Shown here piece by piece: positions 49,960 to 63,068 of a DNA stretch of 64,000 nt; the stretch's first letter is position 1; the number at the start of each line of letters is the position of its first letter. Origin of the DNA: Balanoglossus misakiensis (Eukaryota; Animalia; Hemichordata). The stretch lies in NCBI GenBank assembly GCA_040954595.2, contig CM082581.2:124001-188000 (forward strand), read 5' to 3'. The notes beneath the pieces were generated by a model. That model worked only from the letters and a program-made list of their open reading frames with translations. It made no database searches and had not been told where the DNA came from. The translations under genes and the position numbers were made by a program.

Positions 49960-51993
49960 ATAATATAATAATAATAATAATAATAATTTATTCGTATAGC
50001 GTCAGTATCCACAAAAAAATGTGATCAATGACGCTTAAAGCAAAAGTACAATACAACAAATGGCTAAAAAACAGATTTAAAAAGTAAAGTTTTAACATTT
50101 GATTTAAAAACAGATAAGTCTGGTGCCTGGCGAATGGTGAGTGGAAGATTATTCCAAAGAATTGGAGCAGCAACAGTAAAAGCATGATCACCATAACTCT
50201 TGGTGCGTGATCGAACAGGGCAGAGTTTGAACTGATCAGCTGACCTTAAATTGCGACATGGAACATATAGATTAGTCATGCTAGAAAGATAGATTGGACC
50301 AAGTTTATGAATGGATTTAAAAATGAGAACTAACATCTTAAAAACAATACGCTCTGTAACAGGTAGCCAGTGCAACTGATACAAAATTGGAGTGATGTGA
50401 CAGGTGATTTTAGAACGAGTTACAATTCTAGCAGCAATATTCTGAACGCGTTGGATACGGTTGATTGAATATTTCGGGAGCCCAAATAAAAGTGAATTAC
50501 ATTAATCAATTCGAGACGTAATGAATGCATGAACTAATTGCTCTGTAGCTGAATGAGATAAATATTTGCGGATAAGCGCGATGCGACGTAAATGAAAAGT
50601 GGCAGAGCGGCAGATCTGTCCAATATGTGGCTTCATTGTCAGACAAGAGTCAAGGATCACTCCAAGGCTCTTAGCCTGACAATGGACGGGAATCAGAGAA
50701 TCGCCAACACGAATTTCTGAAATCCCTCTAGCAGACAGATCACCCAAAATACCAGAGAAAATAACAAATTCAGTCTTATCATCGTTTAAGCACAAGAAGT
50801 TTTCAGACATCCAAAACCTAACATCAGAAATACAAAGTTCAAGATTTGAAACAGTTCTTGCTGCGTTGTCTTTACTAAAAGACATATAAAGTGAAGAGTC
50901 ATCTGCATAAAAACTATAAAGACAACCATGACTTTGAACTAATTCACCTAATGGAGACGTGTACATATTGAAAAGTGTGGGACCAAGAACTGATCCCTGT
51001 GGTACCCCAGTGTCGAGCGGATAAAAAGGTGATTGGGTGGAATTTACAAGTACACACTGACTACGATTGGAAAGGTATGACTTAAACCACATGAGAACAG
51101 TATCTGAGAGACCGAAGCGGTCTCTTAAGCGATTGAGTAAAATGGTATGGTTCACAGTGTCAAATGCTGCGGAAAGATCGAGTAATACCAAGAAAACATC
51201 TCTTTTTTCATCAAGAGCAAGCAAAATGTCATTTGTTACTTTGAGGAGAGCAGTCTCAGTACTGTGTCCTGGCTTGTAAGCAGATTGCAAAGGCTCGTCC
51301 AATGAATGGTTGACAATGTGAGAAGTCAGTCTCTTGGCAACAATACGTTCCAGGATCTTCGACAAAAACGGCAGGTTGGATACAGGATGGAAATTTATGA
51401 GAACTTCATGATCAAGAGATGGCTTTTTAAGTAGAGGTTTAACGATGGCTTCCTTGAAATGAGGAGGTACAGCACCATACTGCAGAGAGTTATTGAAGAT
51501 TTCTGTGATATGTGGTAACAAAACTTGTAAAATGTCAGAATGTTTGAAGATCTTGGTAGGAATCGGATCAAGGCGACAAGTAGATGAAGGCGATGCACGA
51601 ATAACCTTGTCAATTTCATCAGCTGTTGTAGGCTCAAAGGCATTAAGGCGACAATCGGATTTCAATTCAGTTTGTGGTTGTGAATGATGTCGAATGGAAT
51701 TGCCCATATTTATAGTTAGTGATTTTACGCGATTAATGAAGAATTTTGCAAAACGATTTGCTAATTCCAGAGAATCATCATGTTTTGGTAGTACAGTGGA
51801 TGTGTTATTGTGACCAAGCAGTCCCTTTACGACCTTGAATAATTGTTTTTGGTTACCTGAGCACTCGTCAACAAGGCCGACATAATGGTTCTTTTTAGCA
51901 GCATCCACAAGGCGAACGACGTCGGTCCGACAGGCCCTGTAAATCTGGCGATGTACTTCCAACCTAGATTTTCTCCACATTTTTTCTATATAT
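49960..51993 (-). mobile_element. 5'-truncated L2/CR1-group LINE (2034 bp) with reverse-transcriptase domain, private to copy 4
   Basis: ORF2 motifs LDLSAAFDTV, GVPQGSVLGP and YADD; (ATT)n tail; TSD CGTATA at 49954-49959 and 51994-51999; offset jump of exactly 2040. Confidence 0.95.
50064..51993 (-). pseudogene. LINE ORF2 reverse transcriptase, 5'-truncated (no endonuclease), one in-frame TAA at 50502-50504
   Basis: The frame continues SRID*CNSLLFGLPKYSINRIQRVQNIAARIV into ORF 50064..50384. Confidence 0.9.
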
Positions 51994-54900
51994 CGTATAT
52001 GTCGTGAACTGGTCAAAATCTCGTGGTATACCATGGCTGGGGGTGTTTTATTGCTTAAATCAAATACGCCTGTAACAGTTTTAATTTACCATGTGGGTAT
52101 TTGCATGGAGGGCCATGGTATTTGTTATCTACTGATAAAATACCCTTCAAAACAATATCCTCATTTCTTCAGAAGTTTGGCAACAAGACCAATAAAATTT
52201 GAAGTTTCACATCAAAATATACAATGCATAAATATGCTTAAAGATCTACGGAATAAAGATTGCTTGTTTGTTTGCAGGGTGTCTTGAAAGTATATACTCA
52301 CTTGTTTGACCATGGACCCTAGAGAAAGAAGGACGCGCAACTCCAGTTTTTTCTTGAAATGATGTTCTTTTGCATACATTATTTCCAGGTAAATCCCAAT
52401 AATCCAATTTGCAAATAAACTGTGTATAAACTAACGCAAAGTCTCGCGTTTTGCGTGAAGTTATCACAAACACCTTAGAACATCTCGCAGAAGACGAGAA
52501 AACTGCAACGTGGTTGAACGCAGCAATCATTTATGGAACACATCTGCACAAGTTAAACAGGAATTTGGCACCTCTGAGTCTGACAGCGTCCAAAACAAGC
52601 ATCTTTTGTCTAACAGTCCGGGTATTTCACAAGGCTGTGAGCTAACCGTACCGAGGGTTGCCTGGCGGCAATAGCGCACACATGAAAATCCAGCCAGTTT
52701 GTTTATAAATTGTTTTCGTGAAATCTGTTTTATTGTTCACGCACTGCGAAATAAAATGCCCCTAAACCACAATTTTTGTTTCAATGCTTCACGCAAACAT
52801 AAAATTATTACGAAAAGTGTCAGCGTTACCAAGAAATATGAGTGCCCAGTCGGACATGCAAGAAGGACGCGCAACTCCAGTTTTTTCTTGAAATGATGTT
52901 CTTTTGCATACATTATTTCCAGGTAAATCCCAATAATCCAATTTGCAAATAAACTGTGTATAAACTAACGCAAAGTCTCGCGTTTTGCGTGAAGTTATCA
53001 CAAACACCTTAGAACATCTCGCAGAAGACGAGAAAACTGCAACGTGGTTGAACGCAGCAATCATTTATGGAACACATCTGCACAAGTTAAACAGGAATTT
53101 GGCATGGATGATTTGTTTACAATTTTTAAATGAAGCTTGTGGCACTAGAAATGACCGTTCATCCGACAGACGACCATAATAATTAGCACAGACATCGTAA
53201 TACTTTTAGAATTTTAGAAAAAAACGCAGTGGCTGCTGAAATGCAGGAGTGTCAGTTTGGTGGCAAGTTTTCGCATCACTGGTGGGGTCGACACGTGCCG
53301 AAGTAAGGAAGTCATTGTCCAACTGTCCTGGGTGTTAATTATATGCAAAAGAACATCATCATACAGATAATCCCCAAACCCTTTGATCTTTGCCGCAGTT
53401 GCTCGTCCTTCTTTCTCTAGGGTCTATGGTTTGACAGATGTCACCTGTGTAAGAGTTCACACACTGGCATGAATAGAAATTGCACGATGTTTGCTGGCAA
53501 AATCCACCATTCATACATGGGTTGGGATCACAGGGGTTTTGCACTGGAAATTAAGAAAGGACGCCATTTTATTCCTTGCTACTCATTCTACAGTACAGAT
53601 ATGGCAAAAACCTTGCAGAATTATGGCAAGGGTGTGTGGAGTGATTGTGCCTACAACTTATATTAGGCTGGTATCAAGTTGTTCACACCTCCATAGATCA
53701 TGTGGCAGTGACTGTGAGGCAAGGGCTTCCCTTCATGAAATCAAAGACCTGTGTACTGGAGGAGGGTTCCTTGCAAATGCTTGACTTGACTTCAAGCATA
53801 CCTGTAGACTCATATGTAAATTTACACTATCTGGCCTGGAGTGAGAATTTCCATAGTGGATGTGCGTTGACAAAAGGCTGTAAAATTGGCCAGTCGCGCA
53901 TAATGTTTCTTGAACTAAGACAATCAAGACATTATGCGCTACGAAAGTGATTTTGATTGGGAAGAGTGTAATCTTGCATTCGATGTCAAGAACGCTCCAA
54001 GCTCTGCTGTGGTGATGGCTACACCTATGCTCAGGAAACATGCAGTATTTGAATGCATCAGAGACAAAAGGTAAAAGAGACTGCGCTGTATACTTACATA
54101 TCTCACACCTATCACCTTTGTAGCAACCAGTACATATGCAGGTGAGATCAAAGCAGGAATTTCGAGCCGGTTGACAGAAGCCACCATTCTGGCACGGATT
54201 TGGTGGACACTGGTTGAGTCCTACAAGGAAAAGGGTCAAATTTTCCATGATCATCAATGTCATGTGATTATGAATGTATGTCAGTGGCTGAAAAAAATTC
54301 CCAGGGGTGAGTTTCCTACAAAAATTGTGATGTGACAAACCGACAAATTAGCATATTAGCATAATCAGAATAAATAAAAAACAGGTAGTTTAAAAGAACA
54401 AACACTTTGGAAAAGGAATAGAGCTAAGCTGCTGTCCCTTTCTAATTGTTACTCGTTCAAAAATCACCTGTCACATCACTCCAATTTTGTATCAGTTGCA
54501 CTGGCTACCTGTTACAGAGCGTATTGTTTTTAAGATGTTAGTTCTCATTTTTAAATCCATTCATAAACTTGGTCCAATCTATCTTTCTAGCATGACTAAT
54601 CTATATGTTCCGTGTCGCAATTTGAGGTCAGCTGATCAGTTCAAACTCTGCCCTGTTCGATCACGCACCAAGAGTTATGGTGATCGTGCTTTTACTGTTG
54701 CTGCTCCAATTCTTTGGAATAATCTTCCACTCACCATTCGCCAGGCACCAGACTTATCTGTTTTTAAATCAAATGTTAAAACTTTACTTTTTAAATCTGT
54801 TTTTTAGCCATTTGTTGTATTGTACTTTTGCTTTAAGCGTCATTGATCACATTTTTTGTGGATACTGACGCTATACAAATAAATTATTATTATTATTATT

Positions 54901-57900
54901 ATTTCTATTTTTGTGTTTGTACAACATCAGTGAAGTTTAAATCATAATAAAAAAAAATGATAATTATCATTATTAACTGCTATAGATTCAAACTTACTTG
55001 TCTCACACCTGTTTCCCTAGTAACACTCTGTGCACATGCCAATGGTGGCAGTACAAGAATTTGCCTGTTGTTGGCAGGTACCTCCATTGAGACAAGGACT
55101 AGTGAAGCATGGATTAGGAACTGGAAGACAGGAATTCAAAATTTTATACAACAGTTACCTATGGTAACACCAGTACACGTTCATTATTTCTCTGTTATGT
55201 TTTTATACTGGTGATTTTACTGTTTTTATTACCGATCATATGACTGACTTAAAGATGATGATGATGATGATAATGACTACACCTGCTATTATTACTACAA
55301 TGTACCTCAGCACTTAGATTTTTTAATAAATGACAAAGTACTGTACTCACGTGTTTCACATGTGAAGCCCAGGTAGCAGCCAGCACATAGACATGTGACG
55401 CCTGTACAAGATCCCTGGATTGCTTGGCAAGTACCAGCATTCCGGCATGGGTTAAGGTTTGTGTTCGCACGGATTCATTGCTGCAAATGTACACAATATT
55501 TACAAAATAAAACAGTATACAACTGTAAGTATTTATAATCATCAATTGTGAATATCACACCAATCAAGGCCTTTTAATGCACCCTGATTGCTGAGAGCTG
55601 AAATATGTGAACCAACGTGTATTTGTTTTCACTACTATATCACATGACATTCTGCATCTCTTTTCCATAGTTGGAGTCTGCACCCAACATTGTATTCCGG
55701 GGTAGCACTACCCGGAACCCCGAAACTTTTTCGTCATCATCCGAGTACTTTTCCCAGCATGCAGTTGCCAAGAAGGCTGCACAGGGAGTTTTTAATTTTG
55801 CACTGGTATACAATTTTTTTATTCGTCAATTTCACAGACACGTGCATTGCACATCAAAATTTTGCGTCAGAAGTGAGGACAACTTAACTAGGTACCAATG
55901 CAATGTGGTTTTAGGCGGATTTGAACTTTTCCTTTAATGTAACAGTTGTATTGACATGCGATTATCATACTGAACATGAAGCAATCTCAAAATTGCTAAA
56001 AATAAAATAATTCAGAACATTTAGATTCTACAATGGTGAAAAAATATGACAAACCTTCCAAAATTCTTATTTTTGAGGCCATTTTACAAAAATCTACGAG
56101 CCTGGCAAAATCTGAAAGAGGTGCTAGATAAAGGGCGCTTTTTCAAAACTCTAGATGGTTGACCCCCAATTTTTATTCCATAGATTAAATGTTTAGAAGT
56201 CATAGTATCATCAGTATTAATTTTAACATGATCAGACGACCCTTTATTTCGAGGTGCGCAACACCTTAAATATGTTTTTACGACTAAGACGACTACAAAC
56301 CTGGTAGAAGGGGAGTACATGTTGTTGATGGTCCCAGAGAGTAGGTTCTTGATGTGCAGGCAAGTGGGTGATGTTGCTGCACACTGACAGCCTGGATCGC
56401 AAGGGGTACAGGATACTTCTGTGGCTGTGTCAGCATAATAACTTGATGGACAAGGAATGGGGCTGTCTGACCCATCTGGACAGTAGTTACCTTCGCCGCA
56501 ATCAGAACATGTCATGTCTGTAGAATAACAGCAGCTTGTGTAGTGAGTGTTTTGCCGATATGACAGAGTTCAAGTATGCTTATTTGGTTAAATTTTAAAA
56601 GGAATATCACCCGCTGTTTTAGAGTTAATATTGCGAAAGGGACTTCATAAGTTGTCTGAAAACACCAGTTTCCCCAATTTTCACTAATGTATAGGAATAC
56701 ATGAGAAGTCGGCCAGATTAGAAGTCAGCCACTACGCGCGTATGAGAAGTCGGCCAGTTGTTGAACTTGTACCCGAATAGTGCAGTGATGACCCAGATTA
56801 CTTATAACAACACTTAATAAAATATAATTGCACTAAATATTTTCATTTGGACGGATTTCCCAAATTCTTGACAACACAATGGCGTCATTTCAAATAATGG
56901 CGTCTGGCATCCGTACCAGTTCCCCATCCCCGTATCCGCGTAAGGAGCTTAGGTTGTTCGCCAAATTCCTGTGACATTTCTGATTAAAGGGAGTTGTTTC
57001 AAAGCCTACTAAAATACATAGAAGATGTATGTGTATATTCATACTTTCTGAGACAACACCAAACAAACAAACGTGACAAGGAACAGACTACTGGCGCAGC
57101 TCAAGAAGTGCAGGTGACTGATGTTGACGTACCCCGGTGACGTACATGAAAAGTGAACAGACAGTTTTAAAATTCATCGGCTATTTGTACAAATATCTCA
57201 GCTCCTGTACATCAAGGAAACATTTCGTAGTGAAACAGTTATATATAACACAAAGTACCAGGGTTCTCTCCCACAGGCCGACTTCTCGTACTGGCCGATA
57301 CCGACTTCTCATACTGGTCGACTTCTCAGGACACCATGTATAGCATAGCTGTTGAACTAAAAAAATATGTAAAACTACAAGTGATGTAAACAACTTGTGG
57401 AACCATGTTCAAATCGAGACCAGAAGAAAAGAGATTTCAAGACTTACCTCCTTCAACACTTTACTTCCCTGTAGCGCACTGTGTGACATTTGTAGTTGTG
57501 CATTCATAACCAGAAGGACTTGGCCGAACCTAGCGAGTATGAACCTATCACAGAAAAAATTCAAAGAACGATTGGTTTGGTCCAACGATCCCTTATTAGA
57601 GAGATGTCCGTAATCACAGGTGTTACTGTACAATACCTCTTCAGTGGAATCATTGTGTTTTTCAAAGTGCATCACAATATCAACTCCAATGAGCATAACA
57701 GTTTAATTTTCTGTGTATGTCATGCTATAACACAGGGAAGTCATAAGAGTAATTTGCAGCCCAACTTACCAGTAACTGTTGAACAATCAACTACGGGTGA
57801 CATGGTTGGACACTTGGATCCTGCTGGACAAGGCGTGCATGTGCCGTCGCCTTCCATAGCATATTCACCATTGCCAAAGTCAAGCGGATCTTACATTGGA

Positions 57901-60900
57901 TCTGAACACGATTGTCCAGCAGGGCACAGAAGACGGGATGTGCGTGCAGGCTCCTCACTTATTTCATCTGATTAAAGAAAATGAGGTTTTTAGTGAAGTA
58001 TTTGTGATACAGTGTCATTTAAAATAACAAATTACTTGAGATGATTCACTTCATAATTCTGAGACAAGTATACGGGCATGTAGAAAATTCTTTGGAGGAC
58101 ATTAAACGTCATTTCTAATCAACCATTTTCTGAATATCATAAGACTCTGCGAGATCTCACATGGCTAACCGGGTCTCGCAAGATTTCGCACTGAGTTGAT
58201 AATCTGTTGTAAACACATACATACATACATACACACACACATAACCCCAGTCGCACTGACTTGAAAATCTGTTGTAAACACATACATGCATACACACATA
58301 CCACTCAGTTTCATCACACAGCAAACTGAACAAGTACCACAATCTTACCATTTGTACATCTGGTACAGTTTGTTGCACCAGCCAATGACACGTAACCCTT
58401 GGTACACTTGAATTGCGATGCACTGGGATCTGTGCAGGCGTACCCTTGCTCACAAATAGTACACTGTTCAGCACCGGCTGATCTGTAAATCAAACAAAGA
58501 ATTTACACACCAAGTTAACCTTTGAATACCACTGTAAAAAATTGGCGCAAATTTTAATTATTTTCATAAATAGAGGTCTATTCAAATTTGGAAAAATTGT
58601 CATTTTTTCATTCATATATTATATCAGTAAATTTTAAATACAGAAATGGAAAATGTTCCCATCCTATTTTTCAGTTAGTAAATTACCTGACCTAATGTTT
58701 GATGTTGGAAATAAAGGTTGGTGGGTAGAAGTTTACCTGTTATGCAAGAGGTACAGCGAGACATCCTTTGTCCAAGGCCGAACTGTAATAACCAGCCGAG
58801 CATAAAATCACAGTGTTACCATTTGGACATTGGTTACCAGCTGGGCAATCAGCACATGATGTTTGTGCTGAAAATAAACAGAGATTTATAGAATCTTATA
58901 GTCACAGTCATACCTTCAAAGACGTGGGATTCTCACGCGGGTTGGGGACACAAAAATCCCTGGCAAAAGATTGAGGACAGGAAAATGCCAAACCAGAGAT
59001 ATTGGTAACAGAAACTGTATACAGTCAATGCCATATGGCAGTGTGCTGTTCTAACAACAGACAAGAATGTGACGATCATAGTCTGTGTCGGAGATTTGGA
59101 AAAGAGCAAATTCGGTGAAAAGACGGGACAAAACAAAAGTCTACTTATACAATGCACATGAAAACTGGATGAAAGCGAAGCAGTCCACTATTTGAATGCA
59201 TTGGATGTAAAATTGGCAGAATATTTGGACTGGACATAATGTTTGTATGGGGTGCCATGTGTTAACTTATTATTTAGCTAAATTATTTGTTCAAAAGTCG
59301 TTATTTAACATACTTATATGTATGTAATTATAGATTTGCAAACCATTTAAGTCCTGACAATTTATTTATAAATAATTTCAAGTCGATTCAATTATATACA
59401 TAAAATGTATTTTATGCTCTTTTATTTATATATAATAAATTATTTATAAACAATGTCAGTGTCAGTCTATTATATATATATCATGAGTGATGTACATAAT
59501 TATTTATATATAATTAATTATTTATAAATAAAAAAAATTTAAGTGTATTATATATATATCATGAGTGATTTATAAATAATTTAAGTGCAAGTCTATTATA
59601 TATATATCATGAGTGATTTACATTATATAATGAATTATATATAAATAAGTGATTTCTAAACCATGAAAAAATGCACTCGCGCCGTTTGTCAACTTATTAT
59701 TTAACGCAAACTCATTATTTAACGCAAACTCATTATTTAAGGCCTGTTCACACGACCCCTTGCATTTGGATCATTACGCACACATATAGTCCCCACACGT
59801 GAACAAGAAATGCACATTACGTGCGGTCATTTCATTTTTATTATACTCCTTTCAAAGGTTAGATGAAACACCGAAAAAGGTATCAACTAGTTAGTGATTT
59901 TAGCCCGTGATTGCAATGTTTGATTGAAACGCGAAAAGCTGATCGATAGCTCTACATTGTGGTCTCCGAGGTCAAAGGTTGGCCGGTCATGACAATGCCA
60001 TTATTAAAATAGGGGCCAGTCTTCAAGACGTGACTCTACCAGCCTCCAGACCAGGAACTGGCGACCCGCCGTTTGTTTCCAACGCCAAATTTGATTCTAA
60101 TGTTGAATTTACGAGAAAACAATTTATCTGACCTGTAGTTTTTTGGCTCACTTACGTTTTGATGACTGGCCCCTATTTTAATAATGGTACCACATGACTC
60201 AGTATGTCCAGCTAAAGGCAAGTCATGCAGGAAGTGTGGCAAACCTAACCATTTAGCCAAATGCTACCATTCAAAAGGCAAGGCAAATAGGGTAGACAAG
60301 GATAAAACTGTCAAAGCTGTGCATAAAGTGGAAGACAGCTCGGGAGATGAATACTGCTTCACTGTACAACAATCAAATGGCAGGAGGCCTCGAGTAACAG
60401 TGCAGATAGAACAAACAGCAGTTGCCTCACTGATCGACCCTGGTTCTACAATAAACATGATGGGTGTAAACACATACAACAACCTAAAGAACAAACCCAT
60501 GTGGCAAACAGAAAGCCCGTTTTACCACTGCCAGCAGTGCATTATTGAGTATTTTAGCATCGCTGGATTTAGCTCTCGTCCAATCAGAGTTGCGGACGGT
60601 AGCATGATATACTAGTAATATAATTGAGAATAAATCTCGCGACAAGTGTACAGTTTGACAATGTACACAGATAATCCGTTTCAACAATGTTTCCTTTGTA
60701 GTGTGAATAAAACTGCACACTTTGCAAGTTTTCAACTTCAAAACACTATGGCTATTACAGAGACAAAGCTGCTAATATACAGTGTATACCTGTCATTTTT
60801 GTTTGTGGTGAGATTTTCATTGGCACAGTCGCACAGAGCTCACACAAGAGGAAATTACACTTTCTGTTGAATTCACTGCATACTGCTAACTTTAAGTCAT

Positions 60901-63068
60901 ATATCCACTGAAACATTAAGTTATAGAATTTTCCATCGCAGTATTCTGTTTTATATACATGTATAGCAGTCCCACACATATTGATTAATTTGACAAAAGA
61001 AACTGACTGACAATTTTCACAGCGCTCCCAGTAAAGCATCCTTGGCAGGTGCACGTCAATGCCACACACGAGGTTAGGGTTGGCAAGTGCTGCCATTTTG
61101 ACATGGGTTGTTAGCACTAATCAATTCCTACGCATGACAGAAAAATGAAGAATTAGGCTATGGGCCGGAACTGCCTATCGTTTCAAAATGCACTCTGTAT
61201 ATTAGGGTCTATTTCTTTTACATAAAAGACAAGTCTTCTTGCTCTAATATGATAAAATAAAAAAACTTCAACTTAAATATTGCGTCCTCAGAGGTAATAT
61301 CGAGCCCTAAAAATCAGGTATGCTAATGCGGTTAAAGGTCGTGCAGTTCTCCTTATAACAATCGTTCGATTGGTGGTTACGTGACTGCATCAATCACAGA
61401 ATGCGTTATGTCACTCAGCAATTACACACACAGGGCAAACTATCAGGCAGCTACATGTACACTAGTATACATGTTACAGAAGATTAAACAGAATTTTTGG
61501 TAAGGAAAGTTTGAGCAGACTAGTCCATTCAATGTAAAAAATGGTGCTGATTCCAAAAAAGTCAGTCTTATTGACCCCTTTGAAGACAAAATTGCCATTT
61601 TTGCCACTTTTAACCCAAAAGGTCATTAAAAAACCCACTCAAAACACACTGTTTTCATCACATTCGGAGATCTGATGACATTTGAGGATTATGCGGAAAC
61701 AGTGACACAGCAGAATAAAAATTCCAGGTGACATTTGCAAGCACTTATGATCTGACCATATAGAAATATGCAATGTAAAAACATTAACAAGGAACATGCC
61801 CAATAAACTGTCATGTGTCATGGCAGTCTTACAAGTGGTGCTAGAAAAAAAAATTGACCAAAAATTGTCTGTACACAAACACATATGCGAAGCAACTTCT
61901 TTCAGTCAGCCCTGGAACAGACACACACTGACCTGCCACTGGTAATTAAAATGTGATAGCTGGTGGTCTCTGTAACAGCTGGCCTATTTAAGTTATGTAA
62001 ACATGTCTTTGTTCGAGGTAACAACTCCTTGTAAATAGTAACTTTAAAAACAACTGGACAATTTGTTTAGGAGAAGATTTGCTAACCAAAAACAAAGAAA
62101 CTTACCAAAAAAACTCGCTAAATATTTAATCTTTCTGATCTCAGAATTGAATAAAAGTTGCACATATACAGGTATGTGTTATGAAATTATATCCTAAATT
62201 TCAAAGCAATCAGAGAAAAAACTAATTTCAAAGCAATCCAACAAGCAGTTTCACAGAAAATATTTGTTCAAAAGTGGCAAAAACACAAATATGCAAATAT
62301 CACCAAAATTGTACAATATCTTACTTCAATCACTACAAGGAACATGCTGCCTAAGTTCAATGCAATAGGACAAGCGGTTTCAGTGAAAACAATTTTTGAC
62401 AAAAATTGCAAAAGTTTCCCCGATAACACATTTATGCAAATATCACATTTTTTACAACATATTATTTAGGTTACCCCTACGAACATGCCTACCAAATTGC
62501 AAAGCAATCTGGCATGAGGTTTTAAAGAAAAACATATTTTGACCAAAAATGGCAAATAATGCTCAAAATTATAGATATGCAAATTTTGCAACAATTTGAA
62601 CAAAACTATGGTTACTTAGACAACATTAGGAGGCTTCATACTAAATTTCAAAGACTTTTACCAATAACATGGAAAAATACAAAAAAATGCAAAAAAATAG
62701 GAAATCGATAATATTAGCTCAAAACATACAGGGTTGTATGAGGTTGATATAAGGTACATGCATACCATTTTTCAAATCAATATGACCAGTGGTTGTCCAG
62801 TTTTTGAGTTTTGACCAATTTCACATTTTCCCAGCTAATTTGCATATTTTTGGCAATGACATCTTCATTTGAACAAACTCCCATCTACAGCCCTGCCTGC
62901 ATCTACACGCCAAATATCGAGGTCATACGCGCTGCGGTTTTCAAGTTTTTCATGTGGACGGACATACAGACATACATCCATCCATCCATCCATCCATACA
63001 TACAGACGTAACCAATCCCATAAGTTCCCATGGTACATACCAATGGGACCTAAAAACTTGTGACTTAC

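Larger units (their letters stand above)
46141..58867 (-). pseudogene. Cys-rich/8-Cys EGF pseudogene fragment, copy D
   Basis: Same exons. Has an extra TAG in the exon near 48144-48266 and an intronic LINE at 49960-51993. Confidence 0.85.

Noticed and set aside
51994-52034. N-terminus MVYHEILTSSRHIR of the 510-aa RT ORF as a genuine start
   Set aside because: It derives from the flanking palindrome fused in frame by chance to a 5'-truncated LINE.
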